From: Microcystis aeruginosa NIES-2549
GTDB taxonomy: Bacteria; Cyanobacteriota; Cyanobacteriia; Cyanobacteriales; Microcystaceae
Reading direction: 5' to 3'
Length of the DNA: 32,000 bases
NCBI RefSeq assembly: GCF_000981785.2
Contig: NZ_CP011304.1
Coordinates: 210,001-242,000 of the forward strand
The notes beneath the pieces were generated by a model. It was given only the letters and a program-made list of their open reading frames with translations. It had not been told where the DNA came from and did no database searches. The position numbers were made by a program, and so were the translations under genes. Positions 1-10,268 of the stretch are shown here, one piece after another (the first letter of the stretch is position 1; each line of letters opens with the position of its first letter).

Positions 1-67
1 ACTTTCGAGCAGGAATTGTAAGGCAAAAAGGCCTAGAATAAGTAGCGAACTTTTGCTAGAGGTGGCC

Positions 68-1144
68 ATGGCGACAGAAAATCAAGCTAGAAACATAGTA
101 ATTACTGGTGGAGCAGGATTTATCGGCTCGAATTTTGTTCATCATTGGTGCGAGAATTATCCCGAGGATCGTGTCATTGTTCTCGATGCTCTTACCTACG
201 CAGGCAATTTGAATAATTTAGCGACACTGAAAGATAGAAAGAATTTCCGTTTTCTGCAAGGGGATATCTGCGATCGAGCGTTAGTTGATCAATTATTTGC
301 CGGTGAAAATATCGATACAGTTGCCCATTTTGCCGCCGAATCCCATGTGGATCGATCGATTCTCGGTCCTGGGGCTTTTGTGCAGACTAATGTGGTGGGA
401 ACTTTTACTCTATTAGAAAGTTTTCGGCAACATTGGTTAAGTAATCATCAACCGGATAACTATCGTTTTCTGCACGTTTCCACCGATGAGGTTTATGGCA
501 GTTTAGGAGTAGATGATCCGGCTTTTACCGAAACTACTCCCTATGCTCCTAATAGTCCCTATTCTGCCTCAAAAGCGGGGAGTGATCATCTAGCGAGAGC
601 TTATTTTCACACCTACGGAATGCCGACAATTATTACTAATTGCTCTAATAATTATGGTTCCTATCATTTTCCCGAAAAGTTAATTCCTTTGATGTGTATT
701 AATATTCTTTTGGGGAAACCTTTACCCGTTTATGGTGATGGTCAAAATGTTCGAGATTGGTTATATGTGCGTGATCATTGTCAAGCTTTAGATACAGTTA
801 TTCACAAGGGAAAAGTGGGAGAAACCTATAATATTGGCGGCAATAACGAGGTAAAAAATATCGATTTAGTCAGGATGTTATGTGAGTTAATGGATGAATT
901 GGCCCCCGATTTACCCGTGCAACCCGCTCAGAATTTAATTACTTTTGTTAAGGATCGTCCCGGACATGATCGCCGGTATGCTATTGATGCCACTAAAATT
1001 CGCACCGAATTAGGTTGGCAACCTCAAGAAACCGTAGAGGGGGGATTAAGAAAAACCATTCAATGGTATCTCGATCATCGGGATTGGTGGCAACCTTTGT
1101 TATCCAAAGAATATCAAGAGTATTATGGGAAAGTTTACGGTTAG
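68..1144 (+). CDS. rfbB: dTDP-glucose 4,6-dehydratase (extended SDR family)
   Basis: ORF 53..1144. ATG at 68 is preferred because 53 is TTG. Rossmann motif [10 protein letters not shown] and catalytic [10 protein letters not shown] (YxxxK) are present, and the length is colinear with RmlB/RfbB. Confidence 0.93.
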   Translation: MATENQARNIVITGGAGFIGSNFVHHWCENYPEDRVIVLDALTYAGNLNNLATLKDRKNFRFLQGDICDRALVDQLFAGENIDTVAHFAAESHVDRSILGPGAFVQTNVVGTFTLLESFRQHWLSNHQPDNYRFLHVSTDEVYGSLGVDDPAFTETTPYAPNSPYSASKAGSDHLARAYFHTYGMPTIITNCSNNYGSYHFPEKLIPLMCINILLGKPLPVYGDGQNVRDWLYVRDHCQALDTVIHKGKVGETYNIGGNNEVKNIDLVRMLCELMDELAPDLPVQPAQNLITFVKDRPGHDRRYAIDATKIRTELGWQPQETVEGGLRKTIQWYLDHRDWWQPLLSKEYQEYYGKVYG

Positions 1145-1175
1145 AGAGGGGTAAAAACTTTAATCTTAATTTTGG

Positions 1176-1199
1176 GTGTGTTAGTTTTTGCTAACACAC
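1176..1199 (+). terminator. Possible intrinsic terminator hairpin after rfbB
   Basis: 9-bp inverted repeat GTGTGTTAG / CTAACACAC with a 6-nt loop, about 30 nt after the rfbB stop. The following tract is only T-rich (TTATTACTTTA), not a clean U-run. Confidence 0.4.
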
Positions 1200-1234
1200 T
1201 TATTACTTTAGCTAGATTAATATTTGGCTCTCCC

Positions 1235-1361
1235 AGGTTTGGTGGGTAAAATGTATTCTAAGATACAGTCTTGCGGGCGAGGGAGTGGAACGAACCACTC
1301 CAGACAGAAAGGACACAAAGATTGATCGCTACTATATAAGTTAAACTTATGACACAAAGAA
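1235..1361 (+). repeat. Dispersed ~127-bp repeat, copy A (partner at 17144..17268)
   Basis: Shares AGGTTTGGTGGGTAAAATGTATTCTAAGATACA ... GCGAGGGAGTGGAA.GAACCAC ... ACACAAAGATTGATCG ... TAAGTTAAACTTAT with copy B in the same orientation. Both copies lie just 3' of a plus-strand gene. Confidence 0.75.
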
Positions 1362-1492
1362 TAAGAGAGCCAATATTTTAATTGTCAGTAATTAAGATCA
1401 CAGGAAAATCTCAAAAAAATAGTTAGCGTTGAGAGATAATAGGAGCAGAGCAGACTAAGACTGGCAATCTTTACTTTTTATTAGCAGCAACT

Positions 1493-2887
1493 ATGGCTTA
1501 TAAAAGAAATTATCGCCGCCGCAAGAATCGGCAATCGGGAAGGACAATTCCAGGGATTTTCATCTTTTTAGTTTTAATCTCCTTTGGGATGGCATTTAAA
1601 AACCAAAGTTCTCAACTGCTCAGGAATTTTCAATCATTTAAACCGGCAAATGACTTAATTTATAATACTAATAATCTGCAACTTTCTCAGCCAATTATTC
1701 CGGGGAATGATCCCCAAGTTAGACAGGGAAATTATCAAAACATTGATCCTCTAGCTCGCAGCATCAATTATTCAGGGAATTCTCTATCAGAATTAGCAAC
1801 AATTCTATCTAAATATGCCAAAACAGAAGCAGAAAAAGCCCGCATTATTTACGTTTGGATAACCCATAATATTACCTACGATGTGGCAAGTTTTTTCAGG
1901 GGTAATTACGGTGATGCTAGTGCTTATACTGTCCTCAAAAATCGTTTAGCTGTCTGTTCAGGTTATGCCAATCTTTATCAAGCTTTAGCAGAAAAAATGG
2001 GATTAAAATCAGCAGTTGTTATCGGTTATGCAAAAGGATTAGGCTATCTAGTGGGCAATGGTAGTGATGCTAACCATGCTTGGAATACTGTCAGAATTAA
2101 TAATGCTTGGTATCTAATTGATGCAACTTGGGGTGCGGGAGTAGTCAATAACAATCAATTTCAACGGCAATTTAATCCTCATTATTTTGCTACTCCACCC
2201 GCACAATTAATTTATAGTCATTTTCCCGAACAAACCCAGTGGCAATTATTACCGAAAGTTTATAGAAAACAACAATTTGATTCTTGGCCGATTGTGACAT
2301 CACAATTTTTTCGAGATGGGATAAAATTAGTCAATTACAAGAGTTATAATATCCAGTCTTCAGGGATGACAGAAGTTATTTTACAAGTTCCTACTCACAC
2401 CCAGATTTCTGCTCAATTGCAGCAAAATAATTTACCTATCAATGGCCATTTACCCTTAATTCAAAGAGTCAATGGACAAGCAATAATTAAAGTTTCCTTT
2501 CCCCAAACTGGTACTTATGATTTGATGGTTTTCTCTAAAAATAAATCCGATCAAAACCACTTTAATCATGCTTTATCTTATCGAATTACCAGCAATGCTA
2601 GGGGTGTCCCTATCCCGAAAACCTTTGCTACTTTTGAAGAAAATAATACCTATCTTTATAGTCCCACAATAGCCAAATTAACTAAGAATCAATTGGCAAA
2701 TTTTAAAATAGAAGTACCTAATGCTTTAGCTGTGGTTATCATCGATCAATCATCGGGTAACTGGACTCCTTTAACTAAGTCAGGTAATTTATTTTTCGGT
2801 AATGTTAAAGTTGGTTCAGGAAAGATAACTATCGCTGGCAAGTTTACCGACGGTAATAACTACGCTAGTTTAGTTGAGTACGAGTAA
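1493..2887 (+). CDS. Membrane-anchored transglutaminase-like cysteine protease family protein
   Basis: Basic N-terminus plus one hydrophobic helix (IPGIFIFLVLISFGMAF). Transglutaminase-core Cys/His/Asp context: AVCSGYANLY ... ANHAWNTV ... LIDATWG. Confidence 0.85.
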   Translation: MAYKRNYRRRKNRQSGRTIPGIFIFLVLISFGMAFKNQSSQLLRNFQSFKPANDLIYNTNNLQLSQPIIPGNDPQVRQGNYQNIDPLARSINYSGNSLSELATILSKYAKTEAEKARIIYVWITHNITYDVASFFRGNYGDASAYTVLKNRLAVCSGYANLYQALAEKMGLKSAVVIGYAKGLGYLVGNGSDANHAWNTVRINNAWYLIDATWGAGVVNNNQFQRQFNPHYFATPPAQLIYSHFPEQTQWQLLPKVYRKQQFDSWPIVTSQFFRDGIKLVNYKSYNIQSSGMTEVILQVPTHTQISAQLQQNNLPINGHLPLIQRVNGQAIIKVSFPQTGTYDLMVFSKNKSDQNHFNHALSYRITSNARGVPIPKTFATFEENNTYLYSPTIAKLTKNQLANFKIEVPNALAVVIIDQSSGNWTPLTKSGNLFFGNVKVGSGKITIAGKFTDGNNYASLVEYE

Positions 2888-2980
2888 TTTGTCTTTGAGT
2901 CATTAAGGAGCAAAAGAATTAATATTAATACTTTTAACAACTCTCGGAAAATCATTATCGAAGATGATAATATTGTATTG

Positions 2981-3478
2981 ATGTTTGAAAAAGAAAAAGT
3001 TATTTTAGTGAGAAAATTTAAAGAAAAAATCCAAGCAGATTTTTTGAAGTATATCGCCAACTTTACTTCCTATGGAAGACTAAGAAAAGATCTGCAAGAT
3101 ATATATTCTATCTTTGGTCAAATTAGTAAAATTGAATGGGTTCATTATCCGATTGAGAAGGATTGTAAATTATTAATACTGGGTGATAAAGACTGGAGAA
3201 CAGGAAAAGTTAAAACTTATGGAGAATGTACTTTTTCTAATGTTTTAGAAAAACTTTCAAACAGGTCAAGCAGTACTTTGAGTGATATTCAAAATGAAAT
3301 TTTCTGGAAAGAAATGACAAATCAAGGCTTTAAGGATTTCGATGAAATTCGTCAAATAAAAATTACTCTAGAATTTATTCCCGAAGAAAGCACAATTGAG
3401 CAAGAACCAGAATCACCTCTAGAGGAAATTCGGCAAATGTTGCGAGAAAATCCAGAAAAAACTAACTTCAATTCCTGA
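2981..3478 (+). CDS. Hypothetical protein, possibly KGK-domain-like
   Basis: 166-aa ORF in a visibly AT-rich segment. ATG at 2981 directly follows a TTG at 2978. The C-terminal ...RTGKVK... IKITLEFIPEES..EPESPLEEIRQ resembles, from memory, the KGK-domain tail (..LEF.PDEPE..SPLDDIR). The function call is weak. Confidence 0.5.
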   Translation: MFEKEKVILVRKFKEKIQADFLKYIANFTSYGRLRKDLQDIYSIFGQISKIEWVHYPIEKDCKLLILGDKDWRTGKVKTYGECTFSNVLEKLSNRSSSTLSDIQNEIFWKEMTNQGFKDFDEIRQIKITLEFIPEESTIEQEPESPLEEIRQMLRENPEKTNFNS

Positions 3479-3548
3479 AAACCTAATTAGGTAATGAGGA
3501 AAATAAATTAAAGCAATCACCTCTATCCTGTCGCCTGCTGTAATTATC

Positions 3549-3705
3549 ATGGCAAAAACTCCGAGAATACCGATTCCGATCGAAGTGAGAAAATATGTTT
3601 ATCAAAGGGATAATTATCAATGTCAGAGTTGCGGTAAACCCGAAAACTTTACCCAACTTTCCATAGATCATATAATTCCCTTAGCTTTAGGTGGCAGTAA
3701 CGATA
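3549..3705 (+). pseudogene. HNH endonuclease, 3'-truncated at the IS630 left end
   Basis: RDNYQCQSCGK...LSIDHIIPLALGGSNDI is the first half of an HNH motif. The expected N-L-Q..C..CN..K half is missing. From about 3706 the ORF reads through the IS terminal repeat (AVCTCMRYNRRGQ). Confidence 0.75.
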
Positions 3706-3779
3706 TAGCGGTATGCACTTGCATGAGGTACAATAGAAGAGGACAATAAATTATAGACCTAGGCAGGAGCCACGACCCG

Positions 3780-4142
3780 ATGAAGCCCTATTCTTTAGAC
3801 TTGCGACAAAAGATCATCGAGACCTACGAGGAGAATAACCTCTCACAACGTGAGTTAGCCAAAAGATTTAGAGTAGCTTTAAGCTTTATCCAGAAACTAA
3901 TCAAGCAGTGGCGTGAAACAGGAAATCTAAATCCCCGACCGCATGGTGGAGGACAAAAACTCAAGCTTAAGAGCGACGAAATTATCTTGCTGGGCGATTT
4001 AGTCCAAGAAAAGAAAGATGCCACCTTAGACGAGTTAAGAAAACAAATTGAGGAAAAAACACAGACGGTGGTGAGTAACTCAACAATCAGTAGAATTTTA
4101 AAACGGCTAAATTTAACTCAAAAAAAAAAGCTTACACGCTAG
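3780..4142 (+). CDS. IS630-family transposase, N-terminal HTH part (orfA)
   Basis: MKPYSLDLRQKIIETYEENNLSQRELAKRF... is a typical IS630/Tc1-like HTH N-terminus. It ends shortly after an A9 run (4121..4129). Confidence 0.8.
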   Translation: MKPYSLDLRQKIIETYEENNLSQRELAKRFRVALSFIQKLIKQWRETGNLNPRPHGGGQKLKLKSDEIILLGDLVQEKKDATLDELRKQIEEKTQTVVSNSTISRILKRLNLTQKKKLTR

Positions 4143-4511
4143 GGAAAGAGACACGGAAAGAGTGCAAAAATTAAGAGAAGAATATTGGGAGAAAATCCGA
4201 GATGTTAGAGCGGAAGATTTGGTTTTCGTTGACGAGTCTGGCTCTAATCTAGGGATGACAAGACTTTATGGCAGGGCTGAAAAAGGTCAGAGAGTGTATG
4301 ATTCAGTTCCGTTAAACCGAGGAAAAAACGTCACGATAATTGGAGCGATAGCGCTCAAAGGCTTGCTGGCTTTTATCAATGTATTTGGAGCCGCAAATGG
4401 TTTAATATTTGAAGCATTTATTGCTACATTATTAGTTCCAAACTTGTGGAAAGGAGCTTGTGTATTAATGGATAATGCTTCGATTCATCAAAAAGAAACC
4501 CTCGAACCAAT
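4129..4511 (+). pseudogene. IS630-family transposase, DDE part, 5' segment (interrupted)
   Basis: The +1 frame is open from the A9 run (..KKKSLHARERDTERVQKLREEYW..). It contains LVFVDESG and VLMDNASIH (the D, D region). The native frame is broken at 4511/4512 by the ISL3 left end. Confidence 0.75.
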
Positions 4512-5928
4512 GGCTCTTCCGAACTTGTCATGTAAAATTAAAAAAAAACAGACAATTATTGCTGACCAATAAAACAATAATTTATCTTTAAAAGCTGACT
4601 ATGCTTGCAATACAGCAATTTATTGTTTAAAATATAGACAGCCAAGACCAGCAATTTTAGACACAAGCTATACTTATGCCATCAAATCCACAATTAAAGT
4701 TAATGACCGAGCTACTTCACCTAGAAGGAGTTGTCGTTACCAATTATCAAATTATTACCGATATAGGAATTGTTTTACATTTAGAAAATATGTCAAGAGA
4801 AAGCCAGTGCATTCATTGTGGAAGTAAAACGGAAAAAGTTCATCAAAACAATGAATTAACAATCCGAGATTTACCCTTTGGAGAACAGGCATTATATCTG
4901 AGAATCAATCGTCGTCAGATGAGATGCGAGAAATGTGGGAAAAAATTCACAGAAGAACTAAATTATTTGCCGAAGAAAAGAACCTACACAGACAGATTTA
5001 GAAAAAAAATAGTGGCCGAAGTCCTGAATAGTGATCTCAAAAATACGGCAGAAAGAAATGGAGTAAGCGAACAAGAAATAGAGACGATGCTCAAAGACTT
5101 AGGAGAAGAGTTAATAACCGCAAAACCTCAAGGGCTAAAAAAACTAGGAATAGATGAAATAGCCATGATAAAGGGAAAAGGAAATTACTATGCTGTGTTA
5201 GTAAATATAGACACAGGAAAAATTATAGGCTTAGGGGAAAAAAGAACAGAAGAAGCATTAACAGAATATCTGAAACACTGGGGAGAAGAGGTTTTGAGCC
5301 AAATAGAGGAAGTAAGTATAAACCTGTGGATAGGGTATAAAAATGTGGCAGAAAAACTAATGCCTCAAGCTCAAATAGTAGGGGATAGATTCCATGTAAT
5401 GAAACAAGTAAATAACGAGCTAGATGAAGCAAGAAAGGAGGTAAAAAGAGAGGCAGCTAAGATAAAAAACAAGAAAAATAAAGAAAATATCTTAGCAGGA
5501 ATAGCCAAGAGCAAATATGCCTTATTAAAGAATGAAGGAGACTTAGTAGAGAAAGAAAGGAAAAAATTGGAAGAAATATATAAAGTGTCTCCAAAACTTG
5601 GGGAAATGCACAAATTAAAAGAGGAATTTAGAGAAGTATTTGAGAAAAATACGGAGGGGAATGAGGGATTATTTGCCTTGAGTGATTGGCTCAAAAAGGC
5701 GATGGCTTACTTTCCTAAAAGCTGCCAGACAATTCGGCGGTGGATTGACGAAATAACTGCCTATTTTGATAACCGAACAACCCAGGGAACAGTTGAAGGA
5801 ATTAATAATAAACTGAAGGTGATTAAAAGGAGAGGCTATGGATTTAGAAACTTTAAAAACTTTAGTCTTAGATGTTTATTAAATTGGCATTTTGCTAGTT
5901 GATTTTACATGGTAAGTTCGGAAGAACC
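4512..5928 (+). mobile_element. ISL3-family insertion sequence (1417 bp) with 8-bp target-site duplication
   Basis: 27-nt terminal inverted repeats, 24/27 matching: GGCTCTTCCGAACTTGTCATGTAAAAT versus the reverse complement of 5902..5928, GGTTCTTCCGAACTTACCATGTAAAAT. Direct repeat GAACCAAT at 4504..4511 and 5929..5936. One transposase ORF lies inside. Confidence 0.9.
4676..5902 (+). CDS. ISL3-family transposase
   Basis: 408 aa. N-terminal zinc-finger-like CIHCGS...CEKCGK, DDE-type core (GIDEIAM.., VGDRFHV.., TQGTVEGINNKLKVIKRRGYGFRNF) typical of ISL3 transposases. The stop lies inside the right IR. Confidence 0.9.
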   Translation: MPSNPQLKLMTELLHLEGVVVTNYQIITDIGIVLHLENMSRESQCIHCGSKTEKVHQNNELTIRDLPFGEQALYLRINRRQMRCEKCGKKFTEELNYLPKKRTYTDRFRKKIVAEVLNSDLKNTAERNGVSEQEIETMLKDLGEELITAKPQGLKKLGIDEIAMIKGKGNYYAVLVNIDTGKIIGLGEKRTEEALTEYLKHWGEEVLSQIEEVSINLWIGYKNVAEKLMPQAQIVGDRFHVMKQVNNELDEARKEVKREAAKIKNKKNKENILAGIAKSKYALLKNEGDLVEKERKKLEEIYKVSPKLGEMHKLKEEFREVFEKNTEGNEGLFALSDWLKKAMAYFPKSCQTIRRWIDEITAYFDNRTTQGTVEGINNKLKVIKRRGYGFRNFKNFSLRCLLNWHFAS

Positions 5929-6171
5929 GAACCAATTCTTCAAGAAGTCGGTGCTAGACTGGAGTTTTTACCTCCCTATTCTCCCGATTTTTCTCCCATT
6001 GAAAACTGTTGGTCGAAAGTGAAAATACTGATTCGTTCTATGTCACCTCGTACCTATGCTGATCTAGAAAAAGCGATCGTTCAAGCCTTTAGTCAGATTA
6101 CATTGCGAGACATCCATCACTGGTTTACCCATTGTTGCTATTGCGATACCCCTTTTAAAGAGCCTACCTAG
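5929..6171 (+). pseudogene. IS630-family transposase, DDE part, 3' segment
   Basis: Removing 4512..5936 rejoins ..KETLEP|ILQEVGARLEFLPPYSPDFSPIENCWSKVK.. in frame. The SPIEN segment carries the final catalytic E context. Confidence 0.8.
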
Positions 6172-6208
6172 TCATCCATGCTGTACCTCATTCAACTGAA
6201 ACCCGCTA

Positions 6209-6947
6209 TATAGGCTAAAGCCTTTTTCTCCTTGCCGAAAAAAGTCCTCGTCTGTAGCGTTTCTAGCTCTTTCGTACTCAGATCGGCCTTACTGTGGCGT
6301 AAATACTCGTAGGCCTCGCAGAGAAACCCCGCCGAACCGCAGGCCCCGTCATAAATCGTCTCCCCTAATTGCGGTTTAATCACTTGAATCATCGCCCGGA
6401 TCAGGGGCCGCGGGGTGTAATATTCGCCCCCGTTTCGCCCCGCATTGCCCATATTTTTGATCCGGGTTTCGTAGAGATCCGAAAGCTCGTGTTTCTGCTG
6501 TTGTGTGCGAAACTGAAGCCGGTCGATACTTTCGAGAACTTCCCGCAGGTTGTACCCGCTCTGAAACTTATTCCGCACCCCCGCAAAAATTTCCCCGATC
6601 TTAGCCCCGAACGTCCCCGGTTCTGCGTATTGCTTGAATCCCTGAAAGTAGGGAAATAGCTCGCTATTGACGAACTCGATCAGATCGTCCCCTACCTTGG
6701 CGGTTTTCAGCAGTTCACCCCTTGCGTCCTTGGGGTAGGCCCAATTCGACCAGCGATAGGGTTCGTCTAGTAACGGATCGTAGTCTTCCCCCGTCAATAA
6801 TGCCCGATTCTGGCGATCGACTGACCGATCGTCGAGATATTTCAAAAAGAGAATCCAGGAGATCTGTTCTGCGTAATCCAACTCCGTGGCGCATCCCGCC
6901 TCTTTTCGGAGAATATCGTCGATATTCTTAAATGTCTGCTCGAACAT
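6209..6947 (-). pseudogene. hsdM: Type I restriction-modification methyltransferase subunit HsdM, N-terminal ~245 aa only
   Basis: HsdM N-domain (FKNIDDILRKEAGCATELDYAEQISWILFLKYLDD) and AdoMet motif I (IYDGACGSAGFL) are present, but the NPPF catalytic half is absent. The native sequence stops at ..GKEKKALAY, and the last 5 codons of ORF 6192..6971 are read from the IS630 right IR. ATG at 6947. Confidence 0.85.
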
Positions 6948-7067
6948 AGGAAAAAGATTAGATACTCTCAAATCTTACCTCGATCGCTCCCTTATCCTGA
7001 GCATAGATTTGTAAAAAGGCTGAAAATGCTTCAGCCTCGTCTAAAAAATCAGATTTTACCCGCAAAA

Positions 7068-8483
7068 TTAAGTAATAGGATTAGCTGGTTCCTTGCTTTC
7101 TAGGGTTTCGGGAACAGCTTCCGTCTTACCAAAAGCAATTCTGAGGAAGGGAGGTGCGAGGAAAGTGGTCAGGATTACCATAATAATAATCGACACCTCC
7201 AAAGGCTTATCCAAAATTCCGCTGGCCGAACCAATCCCAGCAAAAACTAGACCCACCTCACCCCGGGGAATCATACCCACACCGATGGCGAGACGATTGA
7301 TTCCGGATATGCCAAAAACTGCCCAGCCCGTCACCAGTTTACCGATAATCGCCACAACCATCAAAAAGACAGCGATCAAAAGTCCGGCCCGATTCTCCGG
7401 TACCGTTGGGTTTAAAACACCGAGATCGGCACGCGCTCCCACCGTCACAAAGAAAATCGGTACAAGCAAATCGGCGATCGGTTTAATTAACTCATCCAAC
7501 TCGTTGCGGGTATCGGTTTCATCAAGAACCAAACCGGCGGCAAAGGCCCCTAAAATCGCTTCAAGATGAATAGCATTGCCTAAAAATGCCATAAAGAAAG
7601 CGAAGACAAATGCGGGAATAACAATATTTCCACGAGTTTTCAGCCGCTCCACGATCGCCACAAAACTTTTGTTAAAAACACCTCCCAACAAAATTGATCC
7701 GATCAAAAAGGCCGTAGCGCTGACGATCAAATAAATAACATTGACCACATCGATCTCACCGGTTTTGGCTAAACTAGCGACCACAGCCAGAACAATAATA
7801 CCGAGGACATCATCGATCACCGCTGCACCGACAATAATTTGCCCTTCTTTGGATTTGAGTTGACCTAACTCGGACAACACCTTCGAGGTAATACCGATAC
7901 TGGTTGCTGTCAAGGCAGCCCCTGCAAAAATCGCCGGGATAGCCGCCACATGAAAGACGAGCATTAACCCGGCCGTACCTGCCGCAAAAGGTGCCGCAAC
8001 CCCCACACAGGCCACAACCGTGGCTTGAATTCCCACTTCCTTGAGTTGCCGCAGGTCGGATTCTAGGCCAATTTCAAACAGCAGAATAATCACACCGATT
8101 TCAGCTAGAACCGAAATCACTTCACTTTGGGACTCAAAGATCCGGTCCACGGCAGCCGGGGCCAATTGATTCAATCCTTGCAGTACCGTCATAATCAGCG
8201 AATCGGAGGCCGATAGTCCCCCTTCGGGAAAGATGAGCAGATGCAAGGCCGAAACGCCGACAATCACACCGGCCACCAGTTCTCCCAGTACGGGAGGAAA
8301 ATCTAATCGTCTGGCGGCCTCTGCGCCGAGCTTGCTGGCCAGATAAATCACCACCAGTGTCAGCAATACGCCAGAGAGAATAATCGGTGAATCCTCGGCC
8401 ACAACGGTGGCGAGCAAGGGGAGCGGAGCCATGGGGGCTGCTATCTCCCCGATCGAAGGAGGCAGAATAGGGGACAAAATCAT
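7068..8483 (-). CDS. nhaS3: Cation:proton antiporter (CPA2-type Na+/H+ exchanger, NhaS3-like)
   Basis: 471 aa, polytopic, glycine- and alanine-rich helices throughout, Na_H_exchanger-like. It lies directly downstream of sbtB, as in described Microcystis Ci-uptake loci. Confidence 0.8.
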   Translation of the reverse strand: MILSPILPPSIGEIAAPMAPLPLLATVVAEDSPIILSGVLLTLVVIYLASKLGAEAARRLDFPPVLGELVAGVIVGVSALHLLIFPEGGLSASDSLIMTVLQGLNQLAPAAVDRIFESQSEVISVLAEIGVIILLFEIGLESDLRQLKEVGIQATVVACVGVAAPFAAGTAGLMLVFHVAAIPAIFAGAALTATSIGITSKVLSELGQLKSKEGQIIVGAAVIDDVLGIIVLAVVASLAKTGEIDVVNVIYLIVSATAFLIGSILLGGVFNKSFVAIVERLKTRGNIVIPAFVFAFFMAFLGNAIHLEAILGAFAAGLVLDETDTRNELDELIKPIADLLVPIFFVTVGARADLGVLNPTVPENRAGLLIAVFLMVVAIIGKLVTGWAVFGISGINRLAIGVGMIPRGEVGLVFAGIGSASGILDKPLEVSIIIMVILTTFLAPPFLRIAFGKTEAVPETLESKEPANPIT

Positions 8484-8609
8484 GAGTTTAAAGGGATGAG
8501 GGTTAAAGGTTTTAGGAGGTCATAAAACTGGGGGATAGGAAAAAGGTCCACCGCTCAAGGACAGTCAGGCTGCAGATGGGGTTGCCCAGATCAAGACAAG
8601 CTTAGTTGT

Positions 8610-10146
<1,537 letters not shown>

Positions 10147-10268
10147 GAATACCTCCTTACGCCTCCCCTGATGAGGAGTATTAATACAAATGAACTTTCA
10201 AGAGTTAAAGAAAATAAGGGTCAGGTGATTCACCCCAACAGCAGGCGTACTTCCCAATGCGGTTAAAT

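Larger units (their letters stand above)
3706..6208 (+). mobile_element. IS630-family insertion sequence, itself disrupted by an ISL3 element
   Basis: Imperfect ~30-bp terminal inverted repeats: left ATATAGCGGTATGCACTTGCATGAGGTACA; right (reverse complement) ATATAGCGGGTTTCAGTTGAATGAGGTACA. TA dinucleotides sit at both ends, so the ends are ambiguous by +/-2 nt. The element is about 1.08 kb once the ISL3 insert and its TSD are removed. It encodes HTH and DDE transposase segments. Confidence 0.8.

Noticed and set aside
6369-6931. Plus-strand ORFs inside the hsdM fragment (6369..6659, 6722..6931)
   Set aside because: They are antisense to a clear HsdM N-domain and have no motifs.
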